Shown here piece after piece: positions 44,553 to 54,282 of a stretch of DNA of 59,434 nt. Origin of the DNA: a virus. Lineage: Duplodnaviria > Caudoviricetes. Under the pieces are notes generated by a model, which did no database searches, was not told where the DNA came from, and was given only the letters and a program-made list of their open reading frames with translations. The DNA lies in IMG/VR virus record IMGVR_UViG_3300017645_000001, positions 1 to 59,434 of that record. One strand, given 5' to 3'. A program made the translations under genes and the position numbers. Numbering within the stretch: position 1 is the stretch's first letter; every line of letters starts with the position of its first letter.

Positions 44553-45298
44553 ATCGCAATCAATGTTGGCATTTCGTCGTAGGTGCGACCACGCAACATT
44601 CTACCTGCCGCCTTCTTATTTTTCCCGCCCCACTGCTTGAAGAAAAACGCCGCATCTGCGCGCCGGCACATCAACTCAATCTCATCAACCCACGCGGGAT
44701 CCATGTGTCGCGCCTTAGGACCACTTTCGCCGCCGACAATTGCCCAGTGTATGTCGGTCAAGTCCGCACCAGCGACGGAACCTATCAACGGTTCAAATGA
44801 GATGAACCGGATCACCGCGGGAACGCGACGCAATTCCTCAATGCGATGCAGAACGCGGCCGTCCTCCACACTCGTGCCCAGCCAGACATTCGGCAACTCT
44901 GGCAGACCGGGGACGATCTCCATCATCCGGTCCGGGCGCTTCGTCAAAATCTGATAAGTGTGGCGTGGCGTCTGCGCCATGACTTTCCAGACGGCGGCAA
45001 TAAAGTCGGCCGGGACATCGGCATGGAAAAGATCGGACATCGAGTTGACGAACACTCGTCGCGGCTTCGACCACTTTGCCGGAATCGCCAGCGCCGCATG
45101 ATCGAGCTTGATCTTGCCAGTCCACTTGGCGCGCCCGCCGCTCTTGCGCGTAAGACCTTTGTATTTTTCAACACCCATAGCCTCAAGGCGCGCTGCCATC
45201 CGCATTGCATAGCAATTCGTGCAGCCAGCAGTGATGATCGTGCAGCCCGCGACCGGATTCCAAGTCGCGTCTGTCCACTCAATTGAGGTTTCGGCCAT
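44549..45298 (-). CDS. Phage Gp37/Gp68 (DUF5131) protein
   Basis: SIEWTDATWNP..GC....GC.NCYA, FVNSMSDLFH, ILTKRP, GGESG, FFFKQWGG. Confidence 0.95.
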   Translation of the reverse strand: MAETSIEWTDATWNPVAGCTIITAGCTNCYAMRMAARLEAMGVEKYKGLTRKSGGRAKWTGKIKLDHAALAIPAKWSKPRRVFVNSMSDLFHADVPADFIAAVWKVMAQTPRHTYQILTKRPDRMMEIVPGLPELPNVWLGTSVEDGRVLHRIEELRRVPAVIRFISFEPLIGSVAGADLTDIHWAIVGGESGPKARHMDPAWVDEIELMCRRADAAFFFKQWGGKNKKAAGRMLRGRTYDEMPTLIAI

Positions 45299-45360
45299 TG
45301 GTGTCGCTCCCGGAGCAAAACGAGGTCCTAGTCATTACCTTGCCCGCCCTAACATCCCGT

Positions 45361-45376
45361 TGTTTCACGTGGAACA
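45361..45376. promoter_or_regulatory. parS-like palindrome
   Basis: TGTTTCACGTGGAACA; reverse complement TGTTCCACGTGAAACA fits consensus TGTTNCACGTGAAACA. Confidence 0.6.
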
Positions 45377-45386
45377 TAACGAGAAC
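45372..45386 (-). promoter_or_regulatory. LexA box upstream of the DUF5131 gene
   Basis: GAAC-ataacga-GAAC, i.e. GTTC-N7-GTTC on the coding strand. Confidence 0.75.
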
Positions 45387-45389
45387 ATA

Positions 45390-46022
45390 TCAGGCCGTCG
45401 ACCCGGCCGCCAGCGCCCCGGCAGCTCTCTCCGCCCGCCTCGCCAGAAACCGCTCCGCGTCCTCGATTGCGGCCAGCAGGCGCTGGCGTTTGGCCGGTAA
45501 GGCTTTGAGGTAGCCCCGCGAAGCCGCCAGATCGCGCTCGGCATTCCGGATTTCGTCAACAATCTCAGATGACGGCGGCAGGCGGCGGTTCTGGAAGTCA
45601 TTCGGTTTCCGAGTAAGTCGCAGCGTCCGGCCCGCCGCAGCGATTGCGCCGGAACTGGGGCTGAGGCTGGCGATATCGTCGAGTAGCGTGGTGCTCCACA
45701 GTTCGCTGATTTTGCGGGTGCCATGGAGCTTTCCGGCCCGATCCCATTCGTCCGGCTTAGACGCGACCAGCAGCATGAACAGCTCGGAGATTTCCGCGGT
45801 CGTCGCTGACCTTGATGCCTTATCGAGATAGCCCGATAGCGCCGGCGTCGCCGCGATCAGTGCATCGAGCCCACCGAGCTTGGCCTTGGCCGCCACGATC
45901 CCTTCCCCGATCCCCTCATCGGCGGCACGGCAGACACCCCGCAGGCGGTCACAGATCAGGCTCAGGTTCGCTTTCGCCAGCGCCGGAAGGGATTTCCCCG
46001 GCAAGGTGATTTCCGTCGTCAC
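45390..46022 (-). CDS. Hypothetical protein coupled to the replication initiator (possible helicase loader/partner)
   Basis: Overlapping start/stop; RLPPSSEI motif. Confidence 0.55.
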   Translation of the reverse strand: MTTEITLPGKSLPALAKANLSLICDRLRGVCRAADEGIGEGIVAAKAKLGGLDALIAATPALSGYLDKASRSATTAEISELFMLLVASKPDEWDRAGKLHGTRKISELWSTTLLDDIASLSPSSGAIAAAGRTLRLTRKPNDFQNRRLPPSSEIVDEIRNAERDLAASRGYLKALPAKRQRLLAAIEDAERFLARRAERAAGALAAGSTA

Positions 46023-47008
46023 TGGGTGCTCCTACTGTTGATGAAATGGCGCACGCCGGCCAAAAGCGGATGCTCGAGATCCGGCTGTTGTGGCTGCGCC
46101 TCGTCGGTCCAGCATCCCTGGTTCAGCCAGGTCGCTGGGTGTTTCGTGTATCGGGGGTCTTGCCCGGAGCGCTCGGCGGCGTATCGCATCACCCCCGCGA
46201 GCAGATCGGCAGGCGTGGCCCGCCCCTTGGAAACAATCAGGCTGTAGCGCTTGGCGGCTTCCGCCCGAGCCTTTTTGAGCGGGTATTGCAGCCACCACTC
46301 CGCAAATTCTGGATGTTCTGGATCGTCAGATTTGGCCGATTTACGGCGTGCCGGCTGCTGACTGCCCTGCCCGTTGGTCGACGATGCTGGCTCCGGACTC
46401 GGTGCTGGCGGATCTGATAACCGGCCTCCGAAGTCTTCCATCGGAGGGTCTTGGGGGAGTGAATCGCCCGTAAGGGCGATATCTATATCTTCGTTTCCTT
46501 TCTCTTCTATTCCCTTCCCTTCCCTTCTATTGATCGACTCCTGCGTGACCGAACGTGCATCGGTTGATGATCGTTCGATCTCTTCTGAGTGTGTATTTTC
46601 AATAGCTTGCTCTTTTTTTCTGGCCTCTCTCGCCGCCGTTGCCGCCTTCGCGGCTCGCGACTTTTCCAAGAGTACCAGCACTTTTTTCGTGACAACTTGG
46701 TGATAAAGGCGCCCGTCAGCGTGCCGGACCCATCCTTTGAGAGCACCTTTCGCCCTCATCTTCCGCCAAGTTCTGACATCCCGGCCAAGCCGGACGATGT
46801 AGGCCAACATCGCGTCGTCGTCGGGCAATGACCCGGCGGGCAGCTGGTGCAGCGAAGCGCACCACGACAGGACCGCAAACCAGTTGGCGGCTGGATCACC
46901 GAAGGCGGCAAGGTCGCTGTCTAGCAGCGCCTGCACGTCAATCATGTAGCTCGGCATGTGCCGCAGGTCGGCATCCGGTGGAATGGGCGGCTCAGGCAAA
47001 ACTGTCAT
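46019..47008 (-). CDS. DUF1376 (YdaU-like) phage replication protein
   Basis: DLRHMP...LLDSDL...QLPAGSLPDDD..LA; C-terminal F..WW..YP.K...HPATWLNQ..W.DE. Confidence 0.85.
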   Translation of the reverse strand: MTVLPEPPIPPDADLRHMPSYMIDVQALLDSDLAAFGDPAANWFAVLSWCASLHQLPAGSLPDDDAMLAYIVRLGRDVRTWRKMRAKGALKGWVRHADGRLYHQVVTKKVLVLLEKSRAAKAATAAREARKKEQAIENTHSEEIERSSTDARSVTQESINRREGKGIEEKGNEDIDIALTGDSLPQDPPMEDFGGRLSDPPAPSPEPASSTNGQGSQQPARRKSAKSDDPEHPEFAEWWLQYPLKKARAEAAKRYSLIVSKGRATPADLLAGVMRYAAERSGQDPRYTKHPATWLNQGCWTDEAQPQQPDLEHPLLAGVRHFINSRSTQ

Positions 47009-47044
47009 GGTTAAACCCCGTGCAAAGTCGGGTGTAAAATTATT

Positions 47045-47096
47045 TTGCCTATTTGGCAAGATTTCCCTTGACGAATATTTGCCTATTTGGCAATCT
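47045..47096. promoter_or_regulatory. OL-like operator pair overlapping a sigma70-type promoter
   Basis: TTGCCTATTTGGCAA at 47045-59 and 47079-93; TTGACG(47068)-N17-CAATCT on the plus strand. Confidence 0.85.
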
Positions 47097-47122
47097 CCCT
47101 CCCATCAACCGGGGAGACCGCC

Positions 47123-47497
47123 ATGCAGACCCTCTACTTCGTCGAATGTGACTTCGGAAAATCGGGCCGAGCCTTCGTCGAGACCGATCCGGAGAAGAAC
47201 AGCCGGTCGAACGTCATCGACGATATCGTGGATGGCCAGGTCGAGGCTGTGCTTCGGGTCCTGCAAGTCCTCCCCGAGGAAGGCACCTGCCGCGACGTGA
47301 CCGAGGATATCGCTCGGGACGTCTATGCCCGTCTCGACGAGACCGGCTCGGGCTGTCCGGCCCATCTGCGGGACTGGATTGATCGTTGGGTTGAGGCCGA
47401 CGCTGCTGACCGTCTCGATATCGCAGCCGGGCTCTATGACTTCGCCGCAACCCGCGCCGACCACCTGATCGACCTGCGCAAGCACGAGGCGGCGTGA
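47123..47497 (+). CDS. Conserved phage hypothetical protein, first gene of the pL-like operon
   Basis: GGGGAG RBS; DFG..GRAF.ETD...DVTEDIA. Confidence 0.75.
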   Translation: MQTLYFVECDFGKSGRAFVETDPEKNSRSNVIDDIVDGQVEAVLRVLQVLPEEGTCRDVTEDIARDVYARLDETGSGCPAHLRDWIDRWVEADAADRLDIAAGLYDFAATRADHLIDLRKHEAA

Positions 47498-47788
47498 TGC
47501 TGATGCCCCGCCACCGCCTGAGCGCGCCTGAAATTATCCTCGGCACATTCGCCGAACTCATCGCGATAGCCGTCTGGCTTGTGGCCATCGCGGTCTGGGC
47601 CGGCGTGGCGACGGGGACGATCTGATGCGCGTCCTTAGCTTCACTGAAATCAAGCGCATGGCCGCCGAGGCGAGAAAGTATCCCGATCGCAGCATACGCA
47701 AGGCGATCCTTCTGGATCGCGTCGGTCGCGAGAACCTGCGCTGCTTGCAAAAAGAAATCGGGTTCAAGCCGAAGAAAAGGAAGTCGGC

Positions 47789-47977
47789 ATGAACAACCCC
47801 GCGCAAATAACGCTGCGCTTGCCCCGGCGAGTAAGAAACCGGGTTTGCCAGAGCGCTGCGCATCACAGCCGCTCCATGAACTCCGAGATTGTTGCGAGGC
47901 TTGAGGCTTCGTTCCGGCGCGACGAGACGAATTCCATGTTGCGGAAAATTCTCGACAGGTTGGATGGCCGAGCATGA
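47789..47977 (+). CDS. Arc family DNA-binding protein
   Basis: ITLRLP...A....RSMNSEIVARLE. Confidence 0.88.
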   Translation: MNNPAQITLRLPRRVRNRVCQSAAHHSRSMNSEIVARLEASFRRDETNSMLRKILDRLDGRA

Positions 47978-48813
47978 CCAACGTCGAACCGCTGAACAGC
48001 TTCGAGAAGATCGGCGATGCCGCGGCGCGGGTCGTCGAGAAGATCGAGAAAGGACCGCAGATGAACGAGATCGTCCAGCGCACCGAAGCCGCGGCGCCTA
48101 TTCACCACGGCAATATGACGCCGATGGAAATGCTATCGCGCGCCGTCGAATCTGGCGCGCCGATGGATGTCCTTGAGCGGCTGATGTCGTTGCAGGAACG
48201 CTGGGAGGCCAACCAAGCGCGCAAGGCATTCGATGAAGCGATGGCAGCGGCTAAGGCCGAAATTCCGACCATCGTCAAAAATCGACACGTCGATTTCACT
48301 GGCAAAACGGGAGTGCGCACAAATTACCGACATGAAGACCTTGCCGAGATCGCGCGCACGGTCGATCCGATCCTGAGCAGGAATGGCCTCTCCTACCGCT
48401 TCCGTGCTACGTCAAACATCAACGAGCCGATCATGGTGACGTGCATCATTTCGCACCGGCTCGGCCACTCCGAAGAAACGACGCTGACTGCTGCCCGCGA
48501 CGACAGTGGCAATAAGAACAGCATTCAAGGCGTCGGATCAACCATCACTTACCTACAGCGCTACACGCTGAAAGCGGCGCTCGGGCTCGCAGCGTCGAAC
48601 GATGACGACGCGCGAGCGGTGAGCATTGACGACGCCGGCGGCTCCGTCTCGCCAGAACAGATTTCTACCCTCGACGCACTGCTGGCGGAGACCGGCACGA
48701 ATCCGCGGCGCTTCTGCGCCTACATGAAGGTGGAGAACGTCTCCGATATTTTAGCATCGCAATATCAGCGTGCGGTTGACGCCTTGAACGCTAAGAAGGC
48801 CAAGGCGTCGTGA
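47974..48813 (+). CDS. ERF family ssDNA-annealing protein
   Basis: Q.VGSTITYLQRYTL.AALGLA...DDD. Confidence 0.9.
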   Translation: MTNVEPLNSFEKIGDAAARVVEKIEKGPQMNEIVQRTEAAAPIHHGNMTPMEMLSRAVESGAPMDVLERLMSLQERWEANQARKAFDEAMAAAKAEIPTIVKNRHVDFTGKTGVRTNYRHEDLAEIARTVDPILSRNGLSYRFRATSNINEPIMVTCIISHRLGHSEETTLTAARDDSGNKNSIQGVGSTITYLQRYTLKAALGLAASNDDDARAVSIDDAGGSVSPEQISTLDALLAETGTNPRRFCAYMKVENVSDILASQYQRAVDALNAKKAKAS

Positions 48814-49436
48814 GCATCCAAATTATCGATTGTGTCCAAGGGACACCTGAATGGCACGCCGCCCGCCTCGGCATTCCGACCGCATCTGAATTTGCAACGG
48901 TGATGGCAAAAGGCGAAGGCAAGACCAGAGCGAAGTATATGCGCCGTCTAGCCGCCGAGATCATCACCGGCACGTTGGCCGAAACATACACCAACGCGCA
49001 CATGGAGCGCGGCCACGTCCAAGAGGACGAGGCACGATGCCTCTATGCAATGCAATACGACATCGACCCGCAGCAGGTCGGATTTATCAGAAACGGCTCA
49101 AAGGGCTGTTCACCAGATTCGCTGATCGGCACCGACGGAGGCTTGGAGATCAAGTGTTGCCTCCCAGACATCCAGATCGAGCGCATCGAGCGCGACGGCA
49201 TCCCGCCAGAATACCGGGCGCAGGTTCAGGGAAGCATCTGGGTCTGCGAACGTGAATGGTGGGATTTCATGAGCTACAGCCCTGGCCTGCCGCCGGTTGT
49301 TCGTCGGGTAAAGCGAGACAATGGCTACATCGCCAATCTTGCTGGCGAGGTCGATCGTTTCAACGACGATCTGGCGGCACTTGTCGATCGTGTCCGCCGC
49401 TATGGCGGCTTTGAACGGCGGAGCGCCGCAGCATGA
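48810..49436 (+). CDS. YqaJ/lambda exonuclease family protein
   Basis: QGTPEW...RLG..TAS, M.RG...E, CSPD.L, EIKC, QVQ. Confidence 0.92.
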   Translation: MSIQIIDCVQGTPEWHAARLGIPTASEFATVMAKGEGKTRAKYMRRLAAEIITGTLAETYTNAHMERGHVQEDEARCLYAMQYDIDPQQVGFIRNGSKGCSPDSLIGTDGGLEIKCCLPDIQIERIERDGIPPEYRAQVQGSIWVCEREWWDFMSYSPGLPPVVRRVKRDNGYIANLAGEVDRFNDDLAALVDRVRRYGGFERRSAAA

Positions 49437-50179
49437 GCCGCGCCACGATCACGCTCAGCGATAGGATCGATCGGTCCAGAGCGGTGAACTGGATTGAGAG
49501 GGCACCAGCCGGGACCCGCGTGGAGTTTAAGGCCGCGCAGAGGTCCAATGCCCAAAACGATCGCATGTGGGCGATGCTAACGGACGTGGCGACACAGGTT
49601 CGTTGGCATGGGCTGTCGCTCAAGGCCGATGATTGGAAACTAATCTTCCTCGACGCCTTGAAGCGTGAGTTGCGGACCGTGCCGAATATCGACGGCACCG
49701 GCATTGTGGTCCTCGGAAAGTCATCGTCCGACCTTTCCAAGTCGGAAATGTCCGATCTGATCGAACTGATCCACGCCTTTGGCGCCGAGCACGGCGTAAC
49801 TTTTCACGACAACACATCCAATTCGTCTCAGCCCGAATCCTCCCTGGTTGATGCTGAGACGAAGCCCGCGGCGGATACCGCCCCCCGCGCCGCCGCGGGC
49901 ACCGATTCATCGGAGCTGGATGCGCCCGGCGCTGAACCGTCATTGCTCAAGCAAGGCTGGCAGCAGACCTATCTGCGCGCCATGGAGCGCGTGACGGATA
50001 AACCGAGATCGCTCGCCGCTAGGCATGAAGAAGCCATCAACGCAATCGGCAAAGGCAAGGCCAATGCTGATGAACGTGAATGGATGAAGTCCGTTCTCCG
50101 CCTCCGCGAACGCCTCCTCAGCGCTGAGATCACCAAGGACGACTACGACGCCGCGATCAGGGAGATGATCGATGGCTAG
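49433..50179 (+). CDS. ninB: NinB-like recombination protein with C-terminal extension
   Basis: RSNAQNDRMWAMLTDVA.QV.W.G...DWK..F...SS.L...EMSDLIELI.AFG. Confidence 0.85.
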   Translation: MSRATITLSDRIDRSRAVNWIERAPAGTRVEFKAAQRSNAQNDRMWAMLTDVATQVRWHGLSLKADDWKLIFLDALKRELRTVPNIDGTGIVVLGKSSSDLSKSEMSDLIELIHAFGAEHGVTFHDNTSNSSQPESSLVDAETKPAADTAPRAAAGTDSSELDAPGAEPSLLKQGWQQTYLRAMERVTDKPRSLAARHEEAINAIGKGKANADEREWMKSVLRLRERLLSAEITKDDYDAAIREMIDG

Positions 50180-50534
50180 AAGTGTCAAGGAGTGGATCGG
50201 CCGGCATGATGACGAGGCGGTCCCGCCGCGCGTGCGCCTTCGCATCTTCGAACACCATAAGGGTATCTGCCACCTAACTGGGCGGCAAATCCGTCCGGGC
50301 GACGCTTGGGATCTGGATCACGTCATCGCCCTGTGCAACGGCGGAGAACACCGAGAAAGCAACCTAGCCCCAGCGCTTCGCGATAAACACCGCGAAAAGA
50401 CCAAGCTAGACGTAAAGCTGAAAGCAAAGGTTGCCCGTATCCGAAAGCGTGAACTGGGCATCAAGAAACCCCGGACAATCCGTGCCTGGCGTCGATTCGA
50501 CGGATCACCCGTCTTTGCGCCGAGGGAGCGCTGA
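50172..50534 (+). CDS. HNH endonuclease
   Basis: DHVIAL.NGG.H.ESNL...H..KT. Confidence 0.85.
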   Translation: MARSVKEWIGRHDDEAVPPRVRLRIFEHHKGICHLTGRQIRPGDAWDLDHVIALCNGGEHRESNLAPALRDKHREKTKLDVKLKAKVARIRKRELGIKKPRTIRAWRRFDGSPVFAPRER

Positions 50535-50672
50535 CATGCGAACAGCATTCAAGCCCGGCTTCACAATCGAGCCAGACAGCTTTCGATCCTACGCAATCGT
50601 CGTCTCGATGGCGCTGACTGCATCAACGCTCGGCGTGATCGCCGCGCTCCTTCCATACATCAATTTCTAACG

Positions 50673-51131
50673 GTGCAATCCATGACTTCCCCCGACACCA
50701 TGCCCGTGCCCCAGACCGCTGCCGAGGCCATCGCTCAATGTCGTGAGCAGGGTCTTGCTGAACCTAACGATGTGGCCCAGCGTTCGTGGCCTTATCTGTT
50801 TGCCGAGCACAGCAAGCCGACGCCGGGGCCGTGGCTCAAAGATGAGGATAATGGCATCTATCGCCTCCTGGACGGGGACCGCGACTACATCTTCTCCACC
50901 GCTGGGCAAGACGAGGATCGGGCAAACGCGTTGCTCGCCGTCGAAGCCTCCAACGTCCATGACGACACCGGCCTGACGCCGCGCGAATTGCAGAAGCAGC
51001 GAGACGAGTTGCTGGCGGCGTTGAAGCCGTTGGCGGGTGTCTTAATCACCCACGACGGACACATTATCGGACTGATGCGCGAGGATATCAGAAAGGCCCG
51101 CGCCGCCATCGCCAGCGTGGAGGCTCAATAA
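50673..51131 (+). CDS. Hypothetical phage protein
   Basis: TPGPW...ANA.L...ELLAAL pattern typical of phage accessory ORFs. Confidence 0.6.
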   Translation: MQSMTSPDTMPVPQTAAEAIAQCREQGLAEPNDVAQRSWPYLFAEHSKPTPGPWLKDEDNGIYRLLDGDRDYIFSTAGQDEDRANALLAVEASNVHDDTGLTPRELQKQRDELLAALKPLAGVLITHDGHIIGLMREDIRKARAAIASVEAQ

Positions 51132-51346
51132 TGGCACGGCACAAGGACGAGGACTGGAATTTACCTGAACGGTTGATCGGATGGGATCAGGTGAACGCAG
51201 CGATCCTGATGGATATCCGCGCCGAGCTGAAGCGGCTAAACACGTTGCTCCATTGTGGCAATTTTATCCGCATCCCGGCCGTGCTCGACAAGATCAATGC
51301 AAACACCAGAAAGCCCAAGCGCAAGCGTGCTGCGAGGAAGTCATGA
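51131..51346 (+). CDS. Small hypothetical protein
   Basis: GGAGG RBS; coupled to upstream gene. Confidence 0.55.
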   Translation: MARHKDEDWNLPERLIGWDQVNAAILMDIRAELKRLNTLLHCGNFIRIPAVLDKINANTRKPKRKRAARKS

Positions 51347-51982
51347 CCCTCGACCATCGCACCATAGAAGCCTGCGCGAAGGTGGCGGAGACAGTCGGCG
51401 TCTATCCAGAATTGACCGTTTTTGGCGGCGGCCCAGAATGGTATCGCCACGGGAAACGCATCGCCGCAGCCATCCGCGCGCTTGCGAGCGAGACCTGTGA
51501 CCACCCGATGGCTTCACGCTTCGGAAGCGGCACGGTGTCAACAGACGGGAAATGGGCATACGAGTGGTATTGCACAAAGTGCGGCCATCGCCACCTGAGA
51601 TTCCACGAAAGGCATGCAGTATGAAACCGTCAGAAACCCCAGCCGGCGTTGGTTTAGGCTCTCATCCTCGCGGTGAGAGTGATCCTGTAGTGATGCAGGA
51701 TTTCGCGCCGGCTGGGGTTGCTTTGACCGCGGACGAATTAGAACTGGTTTCGCTCTGTCGTATGGCAGGTCGAAAAGACGCATGGAACGGCCATTACATT
51801 CTTGATCTCGTTACCATCATCGACCGTCTCACCACGTCATCTCCGGCAACAAGTGCAGAAAATGCACAAGTTGCAGAGGTGAGCGAGGATGAGTTGGCGC
51901 GCGCACTTCGCGATCGAGGTGCAATAAATCCGGTCGCTGATGCCCGCGCCCTTAGCGCGCAGTTCTTCATCAGGAGGCGGGT

Positions 51983-52225
51983 ATGAGACTGGCATGTGCA
52001 AAATGCCATGGCGAAGGGTCGCTATATGCCTCGCGCTACGGAGGCAATGATCCTGACGTATGGCGCACCGGGCGATGCGATGTCTGCAACGGCTCCGGCG
52101 ATCAGCAATGCGAGCGGCGCGGCTGCAAAGAACCGGCCATCGGCTTTAACGATGATGGCGAGGCGATGTGCGCCGATTGCTTGGTCGAATGGGCTGAGGA
52201 ACAGATGTGGAGCGACGAACTATGA
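51983..52225 (+). CDS. Cys-rich zinc-finger protein (CxxCxGxG motifs)
   Basis: CAKCHGEG, CDVCNGSG, CADC. Confidence 0.6.
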   Translation: MRLACAKCHGEGSLYASRYGGNDPDVWRTGRCDVCNGSGDQQCERRGCKEPAIGFNDDGEAMCADCLVEWAEEQMWSDEL

Positions 52226-52965
52226 CCGCCAAGCATGCGCCGACGATGCGCGAGGCGCTGACACAGATCGCTGCAGTGTGTGCGGACAACGCGGCGGAAT
52301 CGTGTGACAAGGCGCTTTCCCTCAAGTTTGTTGCTGATGTTGCGCGCGCCGCCCTCTCCCAACCCGAGTCCTCTGGCTCAATCGCGACCTGTTGCGTGAC
52401 CGGCGCAATCCCCGGCGATGGTGGTGCATGCGGTGATTGCGATCCTTGCATCATGGGCGAAGCATCCGTTCCAGTCGCCGTTAAACGGCTCATCGCTGAG
52501 AAGAACAGCCTGATCAATCGAGTTTCGGAACTTGAAGATCGGCTGTCACAGCCCGACCCGCAACCGAGCGAGCCGAAAGACGAGCCGTACGCTTACGCCT
52601 ATGTGTACCCGCATTACGCTGGCGGCGAGGTCACTCGCTTTTCGTGTGGCCAAGAAATAAACGGCAGCAAGCCGGTTCGTGCGATCCCCCTCTACACCCG
52701 CCCCGCTCTCGACCAGGAGAAGGTGGCGTTGCCGGGCGATGGATGGCGGCCGATAGAGAGCGCGCCGAAGGATGGTACGTTTGTCCTTTTGTATTCGCCA
52801 GACAGCGAAAGGAATCCATTCATCGGGCAATGGATTGAAGACAACGACTACCCTGATGGGGGCGCTTGGTGGAGTGATTGCGAATGCTCTGGCTTTTCAA
52901 TTGATGCAGACCCCACCCACTTCATGCCTCTCCCCGCCCCTCCCGCGAAGCCCGAGGGGAAGTAG
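52222..52965 (+). CDS. Mosaic phage protein with C-terminal DUF551-like domain
   Basis: WRPIESAPKDG...PTHFMPLP.PP. Confidence 0.7.
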   Translation: MTAKHAPTMREALTQIAAVCADNAAESCDKALSLKFVADVARAALSQPESSGSIATCCVTGAIPGDGGACGDCDPCIMGEASVPVAVKRLIAEKNSLINRVSELEDRLSQPDPQPSEPKDEPYAYAYVYPHYAGGEVTRFSCGQEINGSKPVRAIPLYTRPALDQEKVALPGDGWRPIESAPKDGTFVLLYSPDSERNPFIGQWIEDNDYPDGGAWWSDCECSGFSIDADPTHFMPLPAPPAKPEGK

Positions 52966-54282
52966 ATGGAATGTGAAGTTCCCGCCCTTCAGCGCAGCCT
53001 CCCGGATGTAGTTGCGGAATACGAGCATAAGCTCGCCGCCGTCCCCGACGCCATAGCCACATTCAACGCGGCCGGCGACGCCCTTAAGATGGCGGCCACG
53101 ATCGGCGGCACCTGGGGCGAAACCACGATCAACACTGGTAGCGTCTACGAGTGTACGCTGGAGGAGAGCCTTCTTAAATCAGCATGGAAGCATGTTTACG
53201 ACGGACTCAACATCGATCGATTGGCAAGCGCGGATGACAAGCGCCGGTTTAAACTGTCGATGGAGACTCCGGCACCGTTCACCATCGAAAATATCCGCGA
53301 GACGTTTGGAAAATTTATTCTCGACCCGCGTGGCAACATTTTGCGGGGCTTGGCGGAGGTCTTTTGCAGCCTAGACCAAGCCTACAAGAGCCACGATAAG
53401 GTGAAGATCGGCGTTAAGGGACTTCCGAAGCGGGTCATCATCAACGGTTTGTCGGACTATGGTGGGTGGGGTCGGGACAAGCTCGAAAGCGTCTTGAATG
53501 CCCTCGCGGCTTACCAGGGGAAACCGCTTGTAACGTGGCCGGAACTGAATGCTTTGATGAAGGATGAGGCCGCCTTACTCGTCGCTAGCGATCTCCCAAA
53601 GGGCCGATACGACACGGAAACTAACCGAACGCCAGGCCGCGGTGTCCGTCTCCGCCGCTTCGCAAACGGTAACGGACACCTATTCTTTGAGCCCGACACG
53701 CTGCGCGATATCAACAGGGCGCTCGCCGAATACTATGGCGACGTGCTGCCGGATGCGGCTGAGGAGAAGCCGACACAAAAGCAGGCCAGCACGGCCATCG
53801 CTAAGGATCTGCAATATTACCCCACGCCTAGCGCCGTGGTGGATAATATCGTGGCCGATCTATATCCACTCAAAGGCCAGAAGGTACTGGAGCCGTCATG
53901 CGGCGATGGGCGATTTATGGACGCCTTACGAAAGGCCGGCGCGCGCGTGATGGGGATTGAAGTTGATGCGAGCCGGGCAGCGCAATCTCGCGCAAAGGGG
54001 CACTCGGTTCTGGTCGCGAATTTTCTGGAGACCGCGCCGACGGGCGATTTTGACCGCGTAGTGATGAACCCGCCGTTCTATGGCCGGCACTACGCAAAGC
54101 ACGTCAACCACGCCATAAAATTCTTGAAGCCGGGCGGCATCCTAACGGCAATCTTGCCCGCCACGGCTAGGTATGATCATGGCCTCCTTGAGGGTCGATG
54201 GTCCGATCTGCCGGTCGGCTCCTTTTCAGAGAGCGGGACCAACATCAACACAACCATTCTGACACACGAGGCCGCAGAATGA
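52966..54282 (+). CDS. DUF4942 domain fused to an N6/N4-type DNA methyltransferase
   Basis: F.NGNGHL.F; YYPTP, VLEPSCGDG, MNPPF, F.ESGT. Confidence 0.85.
   Translation: MECEVPALQRSLPDVVAEYEHKLAAVPDAIATFNAAGDALKMAATIGGTWGETTINTGSVYECTLEESLLKSAWKHVYDGLNIDRLASADDKRRFKLSMETPAPFTIENIRETFGKFILDPRGNILRGLAEVFCSLDQAYKSHDKVKIGVKGLPKRVIINGLSDYGGWGRDKLESVLNALAAYQGKPLVTWPELNALMKDEAALLVASDLPKGRYDTETNRTPGRGVRLRRFANGNGHLFFEPDTLRDINRALAEYYGDVLPDAAEEKPTQKQASTAIAKDLQYYPTPSAVVDNIVADLYPLKGQKVLEPSCGDGRFMDALRKAGARVMGIEVDASRAAQSRAKGHSVLVANFLETAPTGDFDRVVMNPPFYGRHYAKHVNHAIKFLKPGGILTAILPATARYDHGLLEGRWSDLPVGSFSESGTNINTTILTHEAAE

Noticed and set aside
41400-47096. TTGCCTATTTGGCAA repeats as a CRISPR array
   Set aside because: 15-bp palindromes at two divergent promoters beside cI and cro are classic operators.
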